Origin: Amphiscolops sp. MND2022
Taxonomy: Eukaryota
Length of the DNA: 64,000 nucleotides
Reading direction: 5' to 3'
Assembly: GCA_964187785.1 (NCBI GenBank)
Contig: OZ076409.1
Location: forward strand, 57,352,001 to 57,416,000
Shown: positions 23,229 to 37,100 of the stretch, piece by piece
Layout: each line of letters opens with the position of its first letter
Position numbering within the stretch: position 1 is the first letter of the stretch
The notes under the pieces: generated by a model
What the model saw: the letters and a program-made list of their open reading frames with translations, nothing else
Told to the model about the DNA's origin: nothing
Databases searched by the model: none
Translations under genes and position numbers: made by a program

Positions 23229-25456
23229 TGTCATGCCAGCATGATGGAAATATAATCTACTAAATATCTGTAATGTAAATATTATGTCTTATGTACTTAG
23301 ATATGGGCAATATGAAGTCATATAATAAGAGCCATGGTTGTGAGCGACCCTACGTTACTTGTACCTTAATCCCTTCCCCCCCCTGAGTGTGAGTTATATA
23401 TATATCTACTTAATACTGAGCGCTCTAGTTCCGGTGTCCGCATAAATGATCTTGCCATTAGCCTTAGATGTGCTACTTTTCTTAAAATATTGGTTTGTCA
23501 CGACAAGGGAGAGAAGTTTTCCGGTCAGACTGGACCGCGAGATATAGAAACGATGAAAGTTATAACTTCTACTAGCTCCCCGCCTCAGAGTTTGTAGTTG
23601 TGACAAATTTCATCAAAAAACACATCACAAATTCATCGTCCAATTTAGTGATGGTTCTGATTTGATTTCATTTAAATCCATCAGCGGATTTACTGATGCT
23701 GTTAACAAAGTTCATCACAATCCCATCTCCAAGATTGCGAATGAACCACGCATGGGACAATAAACTTTACTTTTCATCATAAATCCATCAGCGGATTTTA
23801 CGGGACTCATTTTAGTAAAACTCATCACTAATTCATCGTTATATTTCATGTAGGAACTCACAAATGTGCTTCTCATTTCTTAAGGACAGTAAAACATCCT
23901 TTATTCATCGTCATACTAGCATAGAAGAGAAATGAGAAAGTACATCCTTAACCCATCCTAAAAAAGAGTGATTGCGCTGGTTATCTGATTTGTTTAGTAA
24001 ATCCATCATTAATTCATCATGATTTCACCTTGTAATGAGAATTACCATTTTAGTGGATGAGTTCATCCTAAACTCATCGCTAGTTTGAATTGCTTCGATA
24101 GTTGCTGTTTTAATTCACGAGTTCATCCTAGACTCATCACTAGTTTGAATTGCTTCGAGATTTGCTGTTTTTATTCACGAGTTCATCTTAAATTCATCGC
24201 CAAAACTGATCTGCGCTAGAAATAGCATTTTCTGAGTGGATTCATCCTGAATTCATCGTCATTTTAATCAGTGCTGGAAATTGGCAAATTTTATGGGGAG
24301 TTCATCCTTTTATCATCGTCAGTTTATGTCGTGTTGATTTTCGAGCGAAAAGACCACCATTCATCGCATTTTCATCCAGAGCTAAACTAGACTTGAAAAT
24401 CAGCAAATATTCTGACAAATTCATCGCATTTCCATCTTTAGTTTTGAAGTATTGATTTTAGTGCTAGAATTAGTTGGAAAACATCGTTTTCCCATCCTGT
24501 GATACGGTTTACTCTGGTTTGACTTGAAATTAGTACATTATTGAATGATTTGAGTTGCTATAGAAACCATGATGCTGCGTGCAGGTAATTGCGACATTGT
24601 AAAACGATGATTAATCATAATTAGCATATGTAGATGTACCATGTGGTTCAGCCAACTTGCGGCAGTTCACAACACCGGTCACGTGACTTACCAATTAGCA
24701 CCAACTGGCAATAGCCAATAAGAGGCGGCTGGTAAGAGATTTAGCGTCTTACCAGCCTGAAAAGACACGTGAACTGCTGTAAATTGGACCGCCATTAAAC
24801 ATTACTCAGACCGAATTGCGATTAGCTACCATCCAGTAGGATACTTAACGTCGAATTTCACCAGAAAATACATCTCTATTTCATCACTGAAAACTGCAAA
24901 ATCGCAAGCTAACTACTCTCTCGGTACATCTGCAACTGCGATGAAAATTGGATGAACTTTCCTATTCATCTTACTAATTTCCTGCTACTTTCCTGACGAC
25001 TTGTTTATTTGTACTAATCATCGATAAAACATCTCTGTTCAAATTTAGTGAATTGGAGATCATAAATTTAGACAAAACAGCAAAATACATCGAAATAACA
25101 TCTCAGGTAATCCAGTCTTCACTCAAAATCCTTTTCTCCCATCTCTATGAACTCAGATCAAGGCACTGAACTCAGAAGCGGAAGAATTATTAGTTCCTCG
25201 TTAGAAACACCCGTTCCAACCGATCCAGACATGGCCCAGTCGTCCGGCAATGACTCCGACAACAATGAAACTTCAGATATCTCGTCCCAGTTGTCTGAAA
25301 TAAGAGAGAGTTATGAAAGAAAGATAAACGAACTACAAAATGAGTTTAGCCAACTGAAGGACTTAATGATGGCTGTCATAAGTAAGACAGACAGTGAAAA
25401 TCGACCATCAACTTCGAAAGGTCCTTCAAAGCCGACCCACACGGTTGGGCTCGACA
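23229..25456 (+). repeat. 3' LTR of element A (2228 bp)
   Basis: Direct repeat of 6246-8427 with scattered SNPs, a shorter (TA)n tract and an extra 51 bp at 24812-24862; followed by TSD GGGAC. Confidence 0.97.
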
Positions 25457-25757
25457 GGGACCCTTTGGTCTCCCCGGGTATGGTATGGTACGCGGGAAAA
25501 CAGGAAAAACCTTTTTGGTTCAGTTCGCTAGACCAAATAGTGCATTTTGGTCCAATAATATTTTGTAAGAACTATTTTGGCCAGTTCGTGTGGATTGAAA
25601 AAAAAAGTCACTATAATAGTCGCGTTTCACTTCATGAAGCGCCGACTAAAAATGACAAGTTGGTGTTTAGAATATCTAGTAATCAACTCTCTGCTGTCTG
25701 AGTACTAGCTATTTAAGGCGAACTCTGAAGGTCGTCTGATCTGTACATGCCACATTG

Positions 25758-26210
25758 TTTTTAGTCGGCGCCTTTTCCTTTAAAGGAAAAAAGCCCGACT
25801 ATTACAGTGAATAGTTTTTTTCGTCAGACAACAGAATGTATGCGTAGTGGACACTTTTTCTACAGGACTACCAAACTACTGGACCGGCAAGCGGAAACGC
25901 ATCTAAGTTAGTGCAAATGGTCCCCCTTTCGTGTACTCAATTTTTAACGTAAGATACAAAACCGGACGGGTGTATAGGGTCCACCCTTTGATTTTTTTTG
26001 GCACTGTCTGACTTTTTTTCGATTTTTTTGTCTCCAAAGGGTCTCATTTGTTGTTAAGCTTTTGTTGAAGTATGCCCTTCAATTTTTTTGATATTTTGCA
26101 ACAAACTGGACTTTCAAAAAGCCCAAAGGGTCCCCTTTCTTACAATTTTGAGAACTTTGCGCTTTTTGAGCCTTAGATATAGCGCCGACTTTAGACGTTC
26201 CCGTCTTGTT
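25758..26210 (-). repeat. Helentron/HINE-like dispersed repeat copy
   Basis: Bounded by TTTTTAGTCGGCGC and GCGCCGACTTTAGACGTTCCCGTCTTGTT, the same termini as the other copies. Confidence 0.6.
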
Positions 26211-27951
26211 TATTGCTATAATACTGATTCAGAAAAGGTCCGTCTTTTCTCATTCAATTTTGCTATCGTGCAACGGTGGAAAGCATCGGTGGTTTTGAAA
26301 GTTTTTACCAAATTATTTGAGTCATAAGCGTCGATATTTGTTTTCAATTCACACAAAATATTTATAGTGAATGACTCAACAGTAATGGAAAATGGTATCG
26401 AAATGTGGCTCTGTTTGAAACGGGATGACCGAGTGGTTAACGGGCGCACACTCAGTTTCGAGACAAAATATTTGAGTTTAATGCCAAGTGTTTGTTTCCC
26501 GAAAGTTTTTCCAATTTTTTTGATGTTCAAAAGAGGGAAAATTAAAAAATTGGTTTCCACAGGATTTCATTGTTATTTTAATACATGGATCATTGTCTCG
26601 CTTTCTGTATTTTTGAGCCTCAAGGGAGGCGCTAACTTCTACCGACTTGCAACGGCTAGTCATCGTTTCGGTGTTTCGTCATGTTTTTCGTTGAACTATC
26701 CTTTAGTCTTATTTGCATAGCAGCTAGTGAGATTTACCTTAAAAAAGTAAATTTCATTTTTTCACTTGGTAATAGTTTGCTGAGAGTTTCGACTGCTTCC
26801 AAAAGTTTGAAAATGAAAGTTCCTTGTCATTTGCTTTTCATGAAATTTTCATTGAGCTCAACCAGAATGTCCCCTTAGTTCAAGTAACAACTCTTGTATT
26901 TCAAAATGAAGATGCTTGCGATGCAGCTGACTGGCATTTGAAATTTACAGCAAAATTCAAGATTGTTTTGAAGAAAGGGTCATTTTAAAGATGAAATTTC
27001 GCTATATTATTTGTGATTTGTTCTTTGGCTTCATTTCAATTTTTTGCATGGCTTTGAAACCCTTGTATGCGTGCCCGATACTCGGCGTGACCCGAAGTGG
27101 ATGACTTTCAACAACGTTTAAGGACAAACGTTATAATGATCCAAAATTTCGTTTAAAATTCAAATTTAAACTTCAGGTGCTGTGTTTCATTCTAAACTTT
27201 ATGTACTTTTAGGAAATTAATGGCTATCTAGTTGCAACCACAAATTGAGATATTTCGAACGTGATTTCTACACGATTTTCTTCATGATTGCGGTTTTGGC
27301 GCTAACCAAAAGAGTGCAAAGGGATAGTCAATGCGGAGTTTTGTATATGCTCTTTAAACGGGCAATCAGCTTGAAGTAAGTGGCATATTGAAAGGTCATT
27401 TTCAACCGCAGTTGACTCAACTGGGAAATGGCAGTTGAAAATCATTTTTGTCCTCAAATGAATAAAGTTGTTGTTTGATGGCCAAAACAATCATGTTTAC
27501 ATGGATGAACTGGTGCTTACTTTAGTGTTTGAAGCTCAATTTGACTTTGTTCCGTGCTGAATTAGATGGTTGTTACACTGACTAAACCAAGTAATTGAGG
27601 ATCATGTTTCTCTTCATCGATTTCTTCGGGCAGTGGTAAGGCAGATGGTTCATGAGTTTTTGTACAATCCATTCTTAGCTGGTATTTCTTTTTCTTGCAT
27701 ATAAAAAGAAGAAGAAAGTTTATTTCCCCAATTTCGCGGGGTGGACGCCGAGCAAGCAATTGTGCTTTTCTAAGTCGACGCCCTTTCGGATACTACGTCC
27801 GTTTCATAAAACTATCAAAATGTATAATGCCTTCACTCCTTACCAAAAAGAGTCCAAGTTGTTAGCTTGTCAGCTGTAAAATGTTGTTAGAATCAGATGA
27901 CAAGATGAAAACGTCAGTTTTGAATGAGTCGTGAAAGAGTGATCGTTTCAG

Positions 27952-28123
27952 GAACAATTGTGGGTTCGGCCGTTTTCAATATAGTGTTCATCATCAGTCT
28001 CTGTGCCCTGCTGATAGACGCCCCCGTGACACTGGCCTGGTACCCGGTTATCAGAGACAGTTCCTTTTACCTCCTGTCCATCGTTGCCCTCGTGTGCATC
28101 ATGCTGGACCACTACATCTTCTG
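27952..28123 (+). CDS. NCKX: NCKX exon (end of alpha-1 repeat)
   Basis: ttcag|GAACAATTGTG...TTCTG|gtatga; [15 protein letters not shown]...RDSSFY. Confidence 0.9.
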
Positions 28124-31100
28124 GTATGAACAAATATTGCCTTATTAGTATCATGCTGCCAGCGTTGGAAGGTATGAAACCCAGGATGGCTTGACGGGAT
28201 TCTTGTCTTCTAACCCTGCGTTCCCAAGAAAGAACCGAAACTAAATCTAACCGGAGAATGACCACAATCGTAGCAATTAGTTTCTACAAACTTCTGAAGG
28301 CACTAGCTGACCGTATGGTAGAGAAAACTCTTGAATAGGATTTTCAGACGATATTACACAGTATTGCACGTCTTTCCATGAATTATTGACTTGATGTCTC
28401 TGAAATAAAAAAACCGGTACCATAAAATGGAATCAAAACTGAGTGAAGATTTTCGGTTTTCCCAGTTTCCGTTTGTGGCCACCTTATCCCACTGGTACCA
28501 AGATTGGGTCGCAGCGGCCCTAGCATATTTTGAAAAATGCTGAATTGCAATCAGAAACACAAAGCGTGCAAGGATCTTGCGCAAAGTTCGCAGCCAGTGT
28601 TGCGACGCGAGCGGGCCCCCAGCCCAGCAGTTCAGAAACTAATATGAAAGCCCTGATTCTCATCTTTCGAGCGCGCCTATAAATCGTTTGACGGAGTCGA
28701 ATAATTCAGGAGATAAATTTTCCATACAGTACCATTATCGGTCCCGTGTGTAATCCCTCTTGAGTATGTGGAGATTGTAATAGAACTCAAAGAATCCTGC
28801 TGTCTCTGGTTTCGCTTTGACATAGAAAAAAAGTAGAGAACATAATTGAGAAAAAAATAGAATTTGGGTATTTATTGCATGTCTCAAATTCTTGGATCGG
28901 TAATTTGTTAATTATGGTTAATAGTAACTTATTTATACTTTTTTGTTACTGTCCAGTAAAAAGTTGGTAAACAGTCGCATGCAAAGCTGAACTTTTTGAA
29001 GCTCAACGCGCATTAGCAAACTTTCAAAATGACATCTGAGAAATATTCTGAGCTAATTCAAGCTCTTGACAGTGAGCCTTGGAAGGAAATTTTGTTACTT
29101 TTGAAAAAAGGATTCACTCAGCAAAACTAAAACTATTAAAAAACAAAATGCTCAAATTAGAGAGCTCAGAAACTAGGTTACTGATTTAAAAGAACGAATA
29201 TCGGAGCAAGAAAAATATTCTTCGAAAGACACTATTATCATCAACAACTTACCTTTACTACAAGATGCTGATTTGATTTGTTCGGTTCTTTTTTTTCCAA
29301 GACGTTGCTGGATATCCAGCTACTGCGGGAAGACCTGAAAGCGTGCCACTTTTTGGGAAAATGCTCAGATATCAATAAACCTCCACCAGTAGTAGTGAAA
29401 TTTAATTATTTTCATCAAAAAAAAACGACGTTTACGTTAGACGATCAATGCTGGACAAACAAGGTAAGCAAGACCCTATCAATACAGAAAACATCTACAA
29501 AATGAAAGATTGCCCAAGGAACAACTGCTCATTAAAAAGTACGCCAATGACAAGGGACTCATCACAACAGGGGAGCAAGGCCTAGTGGTTAGAGCATTCG
29601 GCCTGTTCCGGGGCGGTATCAGGTTCGAATCTCTCTCAACTCACCATTGTTGGTCCTTAAGCCAGTCCTTCATCCCTAGCTTAGTGGTATGGTCAATGAC
29701 AAAAAATAACGCATTTGGCGGAGAAAAGCAAAACAAAATGAGCAACGGTGAGCAGTCAGACCTTTGTGACCTTGAGCAAGTTACTTTGAAACCACAGCTT
29801 CAAGTCCACCATTACTTGACCACTTGGTTGTAAATATGGTACCATAGCTTGCTATGGGGAGATAGCATCCGAAAGGGCGCCGACTTAGAAAAGCAGAACT
29901 GCTTATTCGGCGTCCACCCCGCGGTATTGGGGAAATTAGCTTCTCTCTCTCAACCTACTATTACTGTGACGTGAAGTTGCTTCTGGAAGACAGCAGTGGA
30001 GCTACTTTTTCTGAAAAGGTAATTTCAACCAAGATGGTAGATGAATTTAACACATAAAGCCCTTAAAAAAGCAAAGAAACCCACCCGTGAAGAGAAATGT
30101 TTCCGATTCTACTCCTGAGAACCCAAAAAAAACGTTTTGAAATTGCTGCAACGCCAACGAAGAATTACAAATCAATGGAATCTGAAATAAACTGAGCGTT
30201 GCACTTCTTTCTCATCCCGATATTCTAATCTTGAATTGGTTTTAAAACTAATTCGAAAAAGAACCTAATCAGTATTAAGTAAAAATGAAAGTTACAATGT
30301 TTTTATTTTTCGACTTTTGCACTGCAGTAGTTTTCTGGAGTTATCCGCTTGGAGCTTTTTTGGCTTTGATTTCTTCTTTGCCTTACTAATGCCAAATATA
30401 ATTGAGTGTAACGCTCAATCATCCGGTATAAAACAACTGATATCCAACTTGATAATTTTTTTTGTTTTGTAATTTCGTTTTATGTTTAATTTGGAGAACC
30501 AAAATAAGGAACAACAAAGAACTAATACTAAGACGCCCGAACATCCGTTTTTTGACAAAATTGAACAGTAAGGGAAATGCAAAACAAAAACATTCAGTGT
30601 TTTAGGTCTCAATTTAAGATTTGTTCTTTTTGTCCTACTCAAAATTGTGTCTGGTGTTCCCCAGGGCTCCGTCTTGGGTTCATTTCTGTTTCTTTTGTAT
30701 ATTGATGACATTCATTTGTGTATAGGAAATAATTGTACCGTGGCTATGTTTGCAGATGATACAACAATTTCACGTTCGAAACGCAAAAGTTTTTGTTCAC
30801 GTCAATCAGATATGCACAATTTATCTCGGTGGTGTAGTCAAAATAGACTTAAGTACGAACAAAGGTAAGTGCGAAGCAGCTGAATTCGGACGTGGTCATC
30901 CCAGTGAAATTTTGATATCAGACAAAAGTGCATTATTCGAACGCGTGCAAGTATTTAGGTGTTTACGGGGACAAAACGTTGCGCTTTAGAGAACATATTG
31001 ATTACGTCGTGAAAAAACTCAATAAATTCTGTGGCCAAATATATCTCGTACGTCACATGTATACGCAAAAGTGTCTACTGATGTTTTGTATTTCCTTTGC

Positions 31101-34100
31101 TAAGTCCAGAATTTGTTATGGATTACAACTATACGGATCTGCTGCCAAAACGAACTTGTCGAAACTTGAAAAAGCGCAACGAAGAATGTCGCGAACTGTT
31201 TTTTTTTCAAAAAGAAGAAATTTGATTCTCTACATCATCTTCTTGGAACGAACGAGATTCTGACAGTTTTTGAACTTTTCATTTTTGAGAACATCAAAGA
31301 GTTTTCAGGCAGATTAGGCCAAAAGCACCTAAATCTTTCATAATGCTGGACTCCAATGACGTAAGAACATATGTAACCCAATGGAATATGAAATAATTGA
31401 TGCCGGCGCAATACAGTCTGACTGTTCTCAAGAGGAGATCCTCAGAAAATTTTCATTCGCCTAACTTATAATTGGTTAATGGAGGCAAAATTGATTCGGA
31501 TAGATTTGAGGAAACTATCAACCTGTCAAGTTAAAAAGCTCATCACAAATATAACCGCGAACTATGTAGTCGACAACAAGCATCTCTTTGCATATTACTT
31601 TGAAAAGGAATTATGCTGATGATGAAGTTTTTCGATAGTGGTGCTTAACGTGAGCAAAGTTCACGAGGGCAGTGATTGTTGGAAAACAACATTTCGAAAA
31701 ATTTCTGAATATGGTTCTTCAGGGCAGGAGCTTTGACGAGCCAATAGGCTCTTTTCCTGTCCAGATTTGGTTTCTTCCATTTCAAGTCCTATGTATTTTT
31801 TGTGGAATGATTCCAATCAAATAAACTTTCGTTCTTTCTTCTTTCTTTTTCGTCGTACCGCTTGTGCAAGTCAAAGCGCTGTCGTTGGTAATGACGGTAA
31901 CTGCGACGGGAATGACTACCAAAATCAAGGAATCATTTTGAGAATGGGATTAAAGATCGGAGAGCCAAATGCTGTATTGATCGTAGCGGTTGTATTGTCT
32001 GTGGGCGCTCTCATGAACAAATCCGAGAGACAGCGGCTTTAACATACCTGGAGTTCTCACGACGAGGAGAAACCTGCCAGGAAAGACAAAGGCGGAGAGA
32101 AGCACACCTAACAGGCATGAACCAAGGGACAGTTGTTTTTGTCCCTAGAGGAGTATCGCAGGCTGCCGCCTGCGACGGGAGTTACTACCAATTTCCCCAA
32201 GAGCAGTCAGAAATCAGTCCTTCCTATTTACACCGCAGAAACCTATAGTACATTCGGCTACATGCAATTTGGTCATAATTGTCTCTATTTTCTGTTTTAA
32301 CCGTGCGGAGTGCTTTTAGCTTACGAGGCTATAATTGGGTAAATAATAATCAATTCTGTGCCTGATTTACTGATGAAATGTTGCTGTTCGATTAAGTATT
32401 TTTCTACTAAAGAATGTGAATGTAAAAGTTTGCTGAATTGATAGCATGCAATTGAATACAGTAAAAGAAACGTGTTCAAATGAATTCTCTCTCTAGCTGG
32501 ATGTACTCGCTGTCCTGATGCTATTGACCAATCAGAATGCAGTAAATATTTCTGTTTTAATGTAGCTGAGCGGCCGGGAAGTCCGCCGCGGTGGAAATAG
32601 TACGTGACCTGCACTAGCGCTGTATTTGAGTATATGCTTGTTGCCACACGGACTTATAGTCCACTATGGTTGAAATACAATGCTTGCATGATTCTTCATA
32701 TTTAAACGACACGAAATGTTGTAGTTTAGTTTCCACATATAAAGATGAAATATCGAGACATGTTGCCTTTCCTGGAAGGGCTAACCGCCTAGTTTTTCTT
32801 TGATGCATTCGTATATAATGACGTCACTATGATGTAACTCTGAAAGGAGCTATTTTCAGAAATATCAGTAACTTAATTTAGCTGCATGACCCGCAGAATT
32901 TAGTTAGTCACACTCAACTAACCATAAACAGAGGAGACTGACGGTTATGAGTAATATTGTTTGATACAAACTCGATACAAGCAAGTTGGATATTGATCTT
33001 ATACATATTGTACCGAACACTCTGCAAGTCGATCTTTAAAGTGAATAAATTCTTCAATGCCTTCAACTAGAAGGCAGAAAGCTAAAGAGAGACGCTCTCG
33101 GCAGCTAGACATCATGTCTGATGTAGAAATTGTTGATATAATGCTAGGGAGTTACTCAAGGGATGATGATAGAAATACTCAGTGTGAAGATGAATTGAAT
33201 TTGGACTCAGGGTCGACTAGACCACAACAAAGCTCAATTTGGTTGGAGAAGATTTTGGATCTCTTTTTAACACTAATGATAGAGAAAATAATGAAATGAC
33301 TATTGAAACAACCAGGATGATTAGCGAAAAAATTTACAACTAGATGTCTAGGAAGCTTAATGGGATTAAGTCTAGGCTGAATTCCCAAATACAAGACGCA
33401 ATTACCACTGCAATTGCCGAGAAAGTGCTTCCTTCCATCCAAAATACACTTGGTGCGCAGGGGAGAAGTAATTTCACCGAATGAAATTGGTGGAGCGAAG
33501 GTCCAGTGGGCTACAAGGGAGCCCCGGAGCCGCAAATCCCCAGAAAACCTGGGAAAGTCACCCCAAAACGGGCTTTACACGAGAAAATCAAAGACAAGTG
33601 TCTAGAGAGAGTTCAGGATTTTTTTACAGGCGAACAAAATCGCAACAGGGTAGAAGAGATTAATGGATGTTACGCTTGAGTATTTCTGCTGCGGGGTGCA
33701 CTCTGTCAAGATTTTAGTTAGTTTCATCATGTTGTGTTGGTTGCTCGTTTCAGGTACGAGGCGTTGTTGATGCTGGTGCTGTATGGCCTCTACATTTTGC
33801 TTATGTACATCAACGAATGGGTTGCCGTTCACGTGGACTCTTTTTTCAGACGGTGCTGTCCCCGATTTTGCTGTCCCAAGTCGGGCTACGAAGATCTATC
33901 TAAAGAAGATTCTTCACGCAATTCCACCCAGGTGATTAGTTTCAATCGATGATTTTGAAGACTCTTAAAGACTCTTAATTTGAAGACTCTTGGAAGATAT
34001 ACCAAATTTAATGAGTGCGGTGGTCAACTTGGCTATTTTCATCTAGGAGATTTTAACCTAGGATATTTTAACTCAGGGCATTGCAACTTATTAACTCTTT

Positions 34101-37100
34101 GTTTTCGTTTAAATAGTTCTGGTATTCGTTAGCGATCTCTTCTTGACAAGAATTTGGCTAGATAATAAAAATGTTTGGAGATTTGTTAATCAACTATAGT
34201 ATGTTTCATTCGTGTCTGTACTGAAGATCTTGTTGAGAATTCATTTCAAATTTTTAATAGCACATTCTGCAATTTTGAAATTTCAGTCGTCCTATTCCTG
34301 AGTTTAATGTCGGTTACTGCGGATACAGTCAAATGAAGTACATCTAAATGTTTTCTCAATGATCGAATAAGCATACGAAACATATCTAAGAGTGCACCCC
34401 GTTTAAGCTGGTATTACCTCGTACCACCAGCTCATTTTGGGGTTAGTTTTAAAAATGATTCGTAATTCTATAACTGCGTTTTATGTTTATCCCAGGGCTC
34501 GAAAGTTTCGTTGCTTCCGCTTCTGAGCTGCCAGCCTGGATCTAGTTCTAATGATGGTGGCCAGGAAGATGATATTACATCTGCTGAGAAAACTAAACTT
34601 CTGGGTCCAAAATTCCTCTCATTGCAGGACTCACTCAAGGCATCTCTACAAGCAAGTCAGTCACAAGGTCAGCAGTTTTCTACTTTACCATTGCTCATGG
34701 TAGGTTGCTTGAGCATTTTTTGTCGAAACCGCAATTCGAATAATTCTAGAAATAGAAAAATCAACGCTTCCGAACCCTCCTTTGGAAGCAGAACTTATTT
34801 CTGTTTTAAATTATTCCCATACGAGCGAAAACTTAAGGATATGACTTCAGCAAATTGATGTGAATTGGTATCATTTGGTATATGAGAATACAGCGAAAAA
34901 CGAATTTAAAGAAAAGTATCGTTGTCCGAGTATCACAAAGCCTGAAATTGCCAGAAAATGGGACTCTGTTGTTTTCCTGACATCATTAAAGTGCAATGAT
35001 GCTGCCACAACTCAAGTTCATATTATGCAACCGCATCTCAACCTAACCTGTTTTAATTTGTTTTCAGCTGATAAGAACATCCAAATAAAGGGAATCAACT
35101 GTGACGTAGAAACCGTACGAGATGAGTTACTGGTGAGTGAACAGGAAAGCCCCCTTAAGTACCCCTCTGGATCTTCCGTGTCGTACAAATGTCTCTGGGT
35201 CATTTCCTTTCCGATTTATCTGGCTCTCACCTTCACAGTTCCAGACTGCCGTAAATATGACAACAAACTTCCGGTTGTCATCGTTTCATTTTGGTTTTCC
35301 ATTTTCTGGATTGCCATCTTTTCCTATATCATGGTGTGGATGGTAACAATGATAGGCTTTACACTCAGTATTCCAGACACCATAATGGGACTAACATTTT
35401 TGGCTGCTGGAACCAGCGTGCCGGATGCCATGGCCAGTGTTATTGTGGCACGCAACGGCGAGGCTGATATGGCTGTGTCGAATTCCATAGGTAGTTTTGG
35501 CAAAAAAGTGATTTAATCATGATGAAGTGATATTACCATTTTTACTCTGCCCTTTTTGTGGAACAAAAATGCCCGAGTCTTACAGTGACTATATTTTTTT
35601 CTCCAGACCACAGAGCTCACACTGAAAGGTCCACTTTTTACAGAATTTCACTAGGTCTTCCTACTTTACTAGCAAGCTATCTCTGGTGCTTCCAAAGGGT
35701 ACCGCCTTTGTTATCATTGTTTTTAGAGCTTTTGTCGTTACTAGACAACTCAGAAGGTTTGCTCATACTGTTTTTTTGGCATTGTGAGACTCTTTCCAAA
35801 AAGTTTTTGATGTCGCCGAAGGGTCGCTTTGGTTATTTTAATTTTCTGCAACCAACTGGATGATTGCGTTTTCCCCTCTTGCGTTTTTCAGCACTGTGAG
35901 ACTTTTCTCTAAAAGTTTTTTATGCTTGCAAAGTTAGAGAAAAATCAAGGTCCCTCATTCGGCATTGCCATTCTTCATTCTTTAGCAAAAACAGCGTTTT
36001 GCGAGCATTTTTCGGGACTATGTGATTTTTCGAAGACATTTTTTGAAAAAAAAGAAACCGAAAAACGTTTTCTCCACTCAATTTTCCGTTTTTGAGGTTT
36101 TCTGTTAAGGAAATTTGTTTTCCAAGCCTTAAGGGTGACATCTTCGGTTATTTTCTGATCCTGTGGGGCTTATGAGAGTTTTCTCAAAACCCGTTGAAAC
36201 GACCTACGGTTTTTGAAAGAAAAGGTTTGATTTTTTTTATAATATAGGTTTTTCTGCCGTTTTCAGTTCAGAAAAAGTTAGTTTCGAGTATCAAGGGTAT
36301 TTTTTGGCACTGTCTGATAATTGAAAATTTTCAATAGTTGGCCCCTGAATATTTCAAACATTTTGTTCTTTTTGAACCTTGAGCGGGTCGTGGACTTGTT
36401 TACTCCTAATCCATCATTGCCAATTTTTAAGCCCCGGAACTCCTTTTAGGGAAACAAAATATGAATTGGATCATTTTTTCAGCTCAAAGTAAATTCTCCA
36501 AACCAATCCAACTTCTTGTTAGAGAACGTATAAATTGTGTACTTCTGAAATCGAGAGTATGATCATTTTAGAAGAAAGTCTTAACTGGGCCCTAGGGTTA
36601 CAGAGAAAATGTAAAATAAAGATGTGTATTGAATTTGGTACTGTACTTGCTTGCCTAACAAATTGTATCAATTCATGTCGAAATTTACCGGGAAAAAATC
36701 ACTTTTTTACAACTTAGGCCACAAAACTCTGTAAAATTCTAAATAAAATGCTCACCTTGACTGCTCTTCAAAAATGTCAGAACTTTGCGAGATCGTTTAA
36801 ATTGAGATTCATGTTTGTGATTCTCACTTCAAAAATTTCATTGTAGTTTTGAAGCTACTTGGTTTTTTTTCAATTGAGCTTTCGCTCAATTATTTTGTTC
36901 AATTGGCTGTAACCCATTTTATTTTTCTGGTGGGCATACTAATATTTTTAGTCGGCGCTTCATGAAGTGAAACGCGACTATTATAGTGACTCTTTTTTTC
37001 TTTTTTTTTCAATCCACACGAACTGCCCAAAATAGTTCTTGAAAGTTCTACACAATTTTATGGTCCCAAATTGACTCATTTGGCCTAACGAACTGAACCA

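Larger units (their letters stand above)
6246..25456 (+). mobile_element. Element A: full-length 19.2-kb Ty3/Gypsy LTR retrotransposon with antisense accessory gene
   Basis: Two near-identical TG...CA LTRs, 5-bp TSD GGGAC (6241-6245 and 25457-25461), PBS, intact gag and pol with PR-RT-RH-INT order. Confidence 0.97.

Noticed and set aside
24812..24862. 51 bp present only in the 3' LTR as a spliced-out intron
   Set aside because: No GT-AG boundaries on either strand; treated as a simple indel.
29569..29645. tRNA gene
   Set aside because: A and B boxes are present but acceptor and anticodon stems are poor and it continues into a dispersed repeat; better explained as a SINE head.
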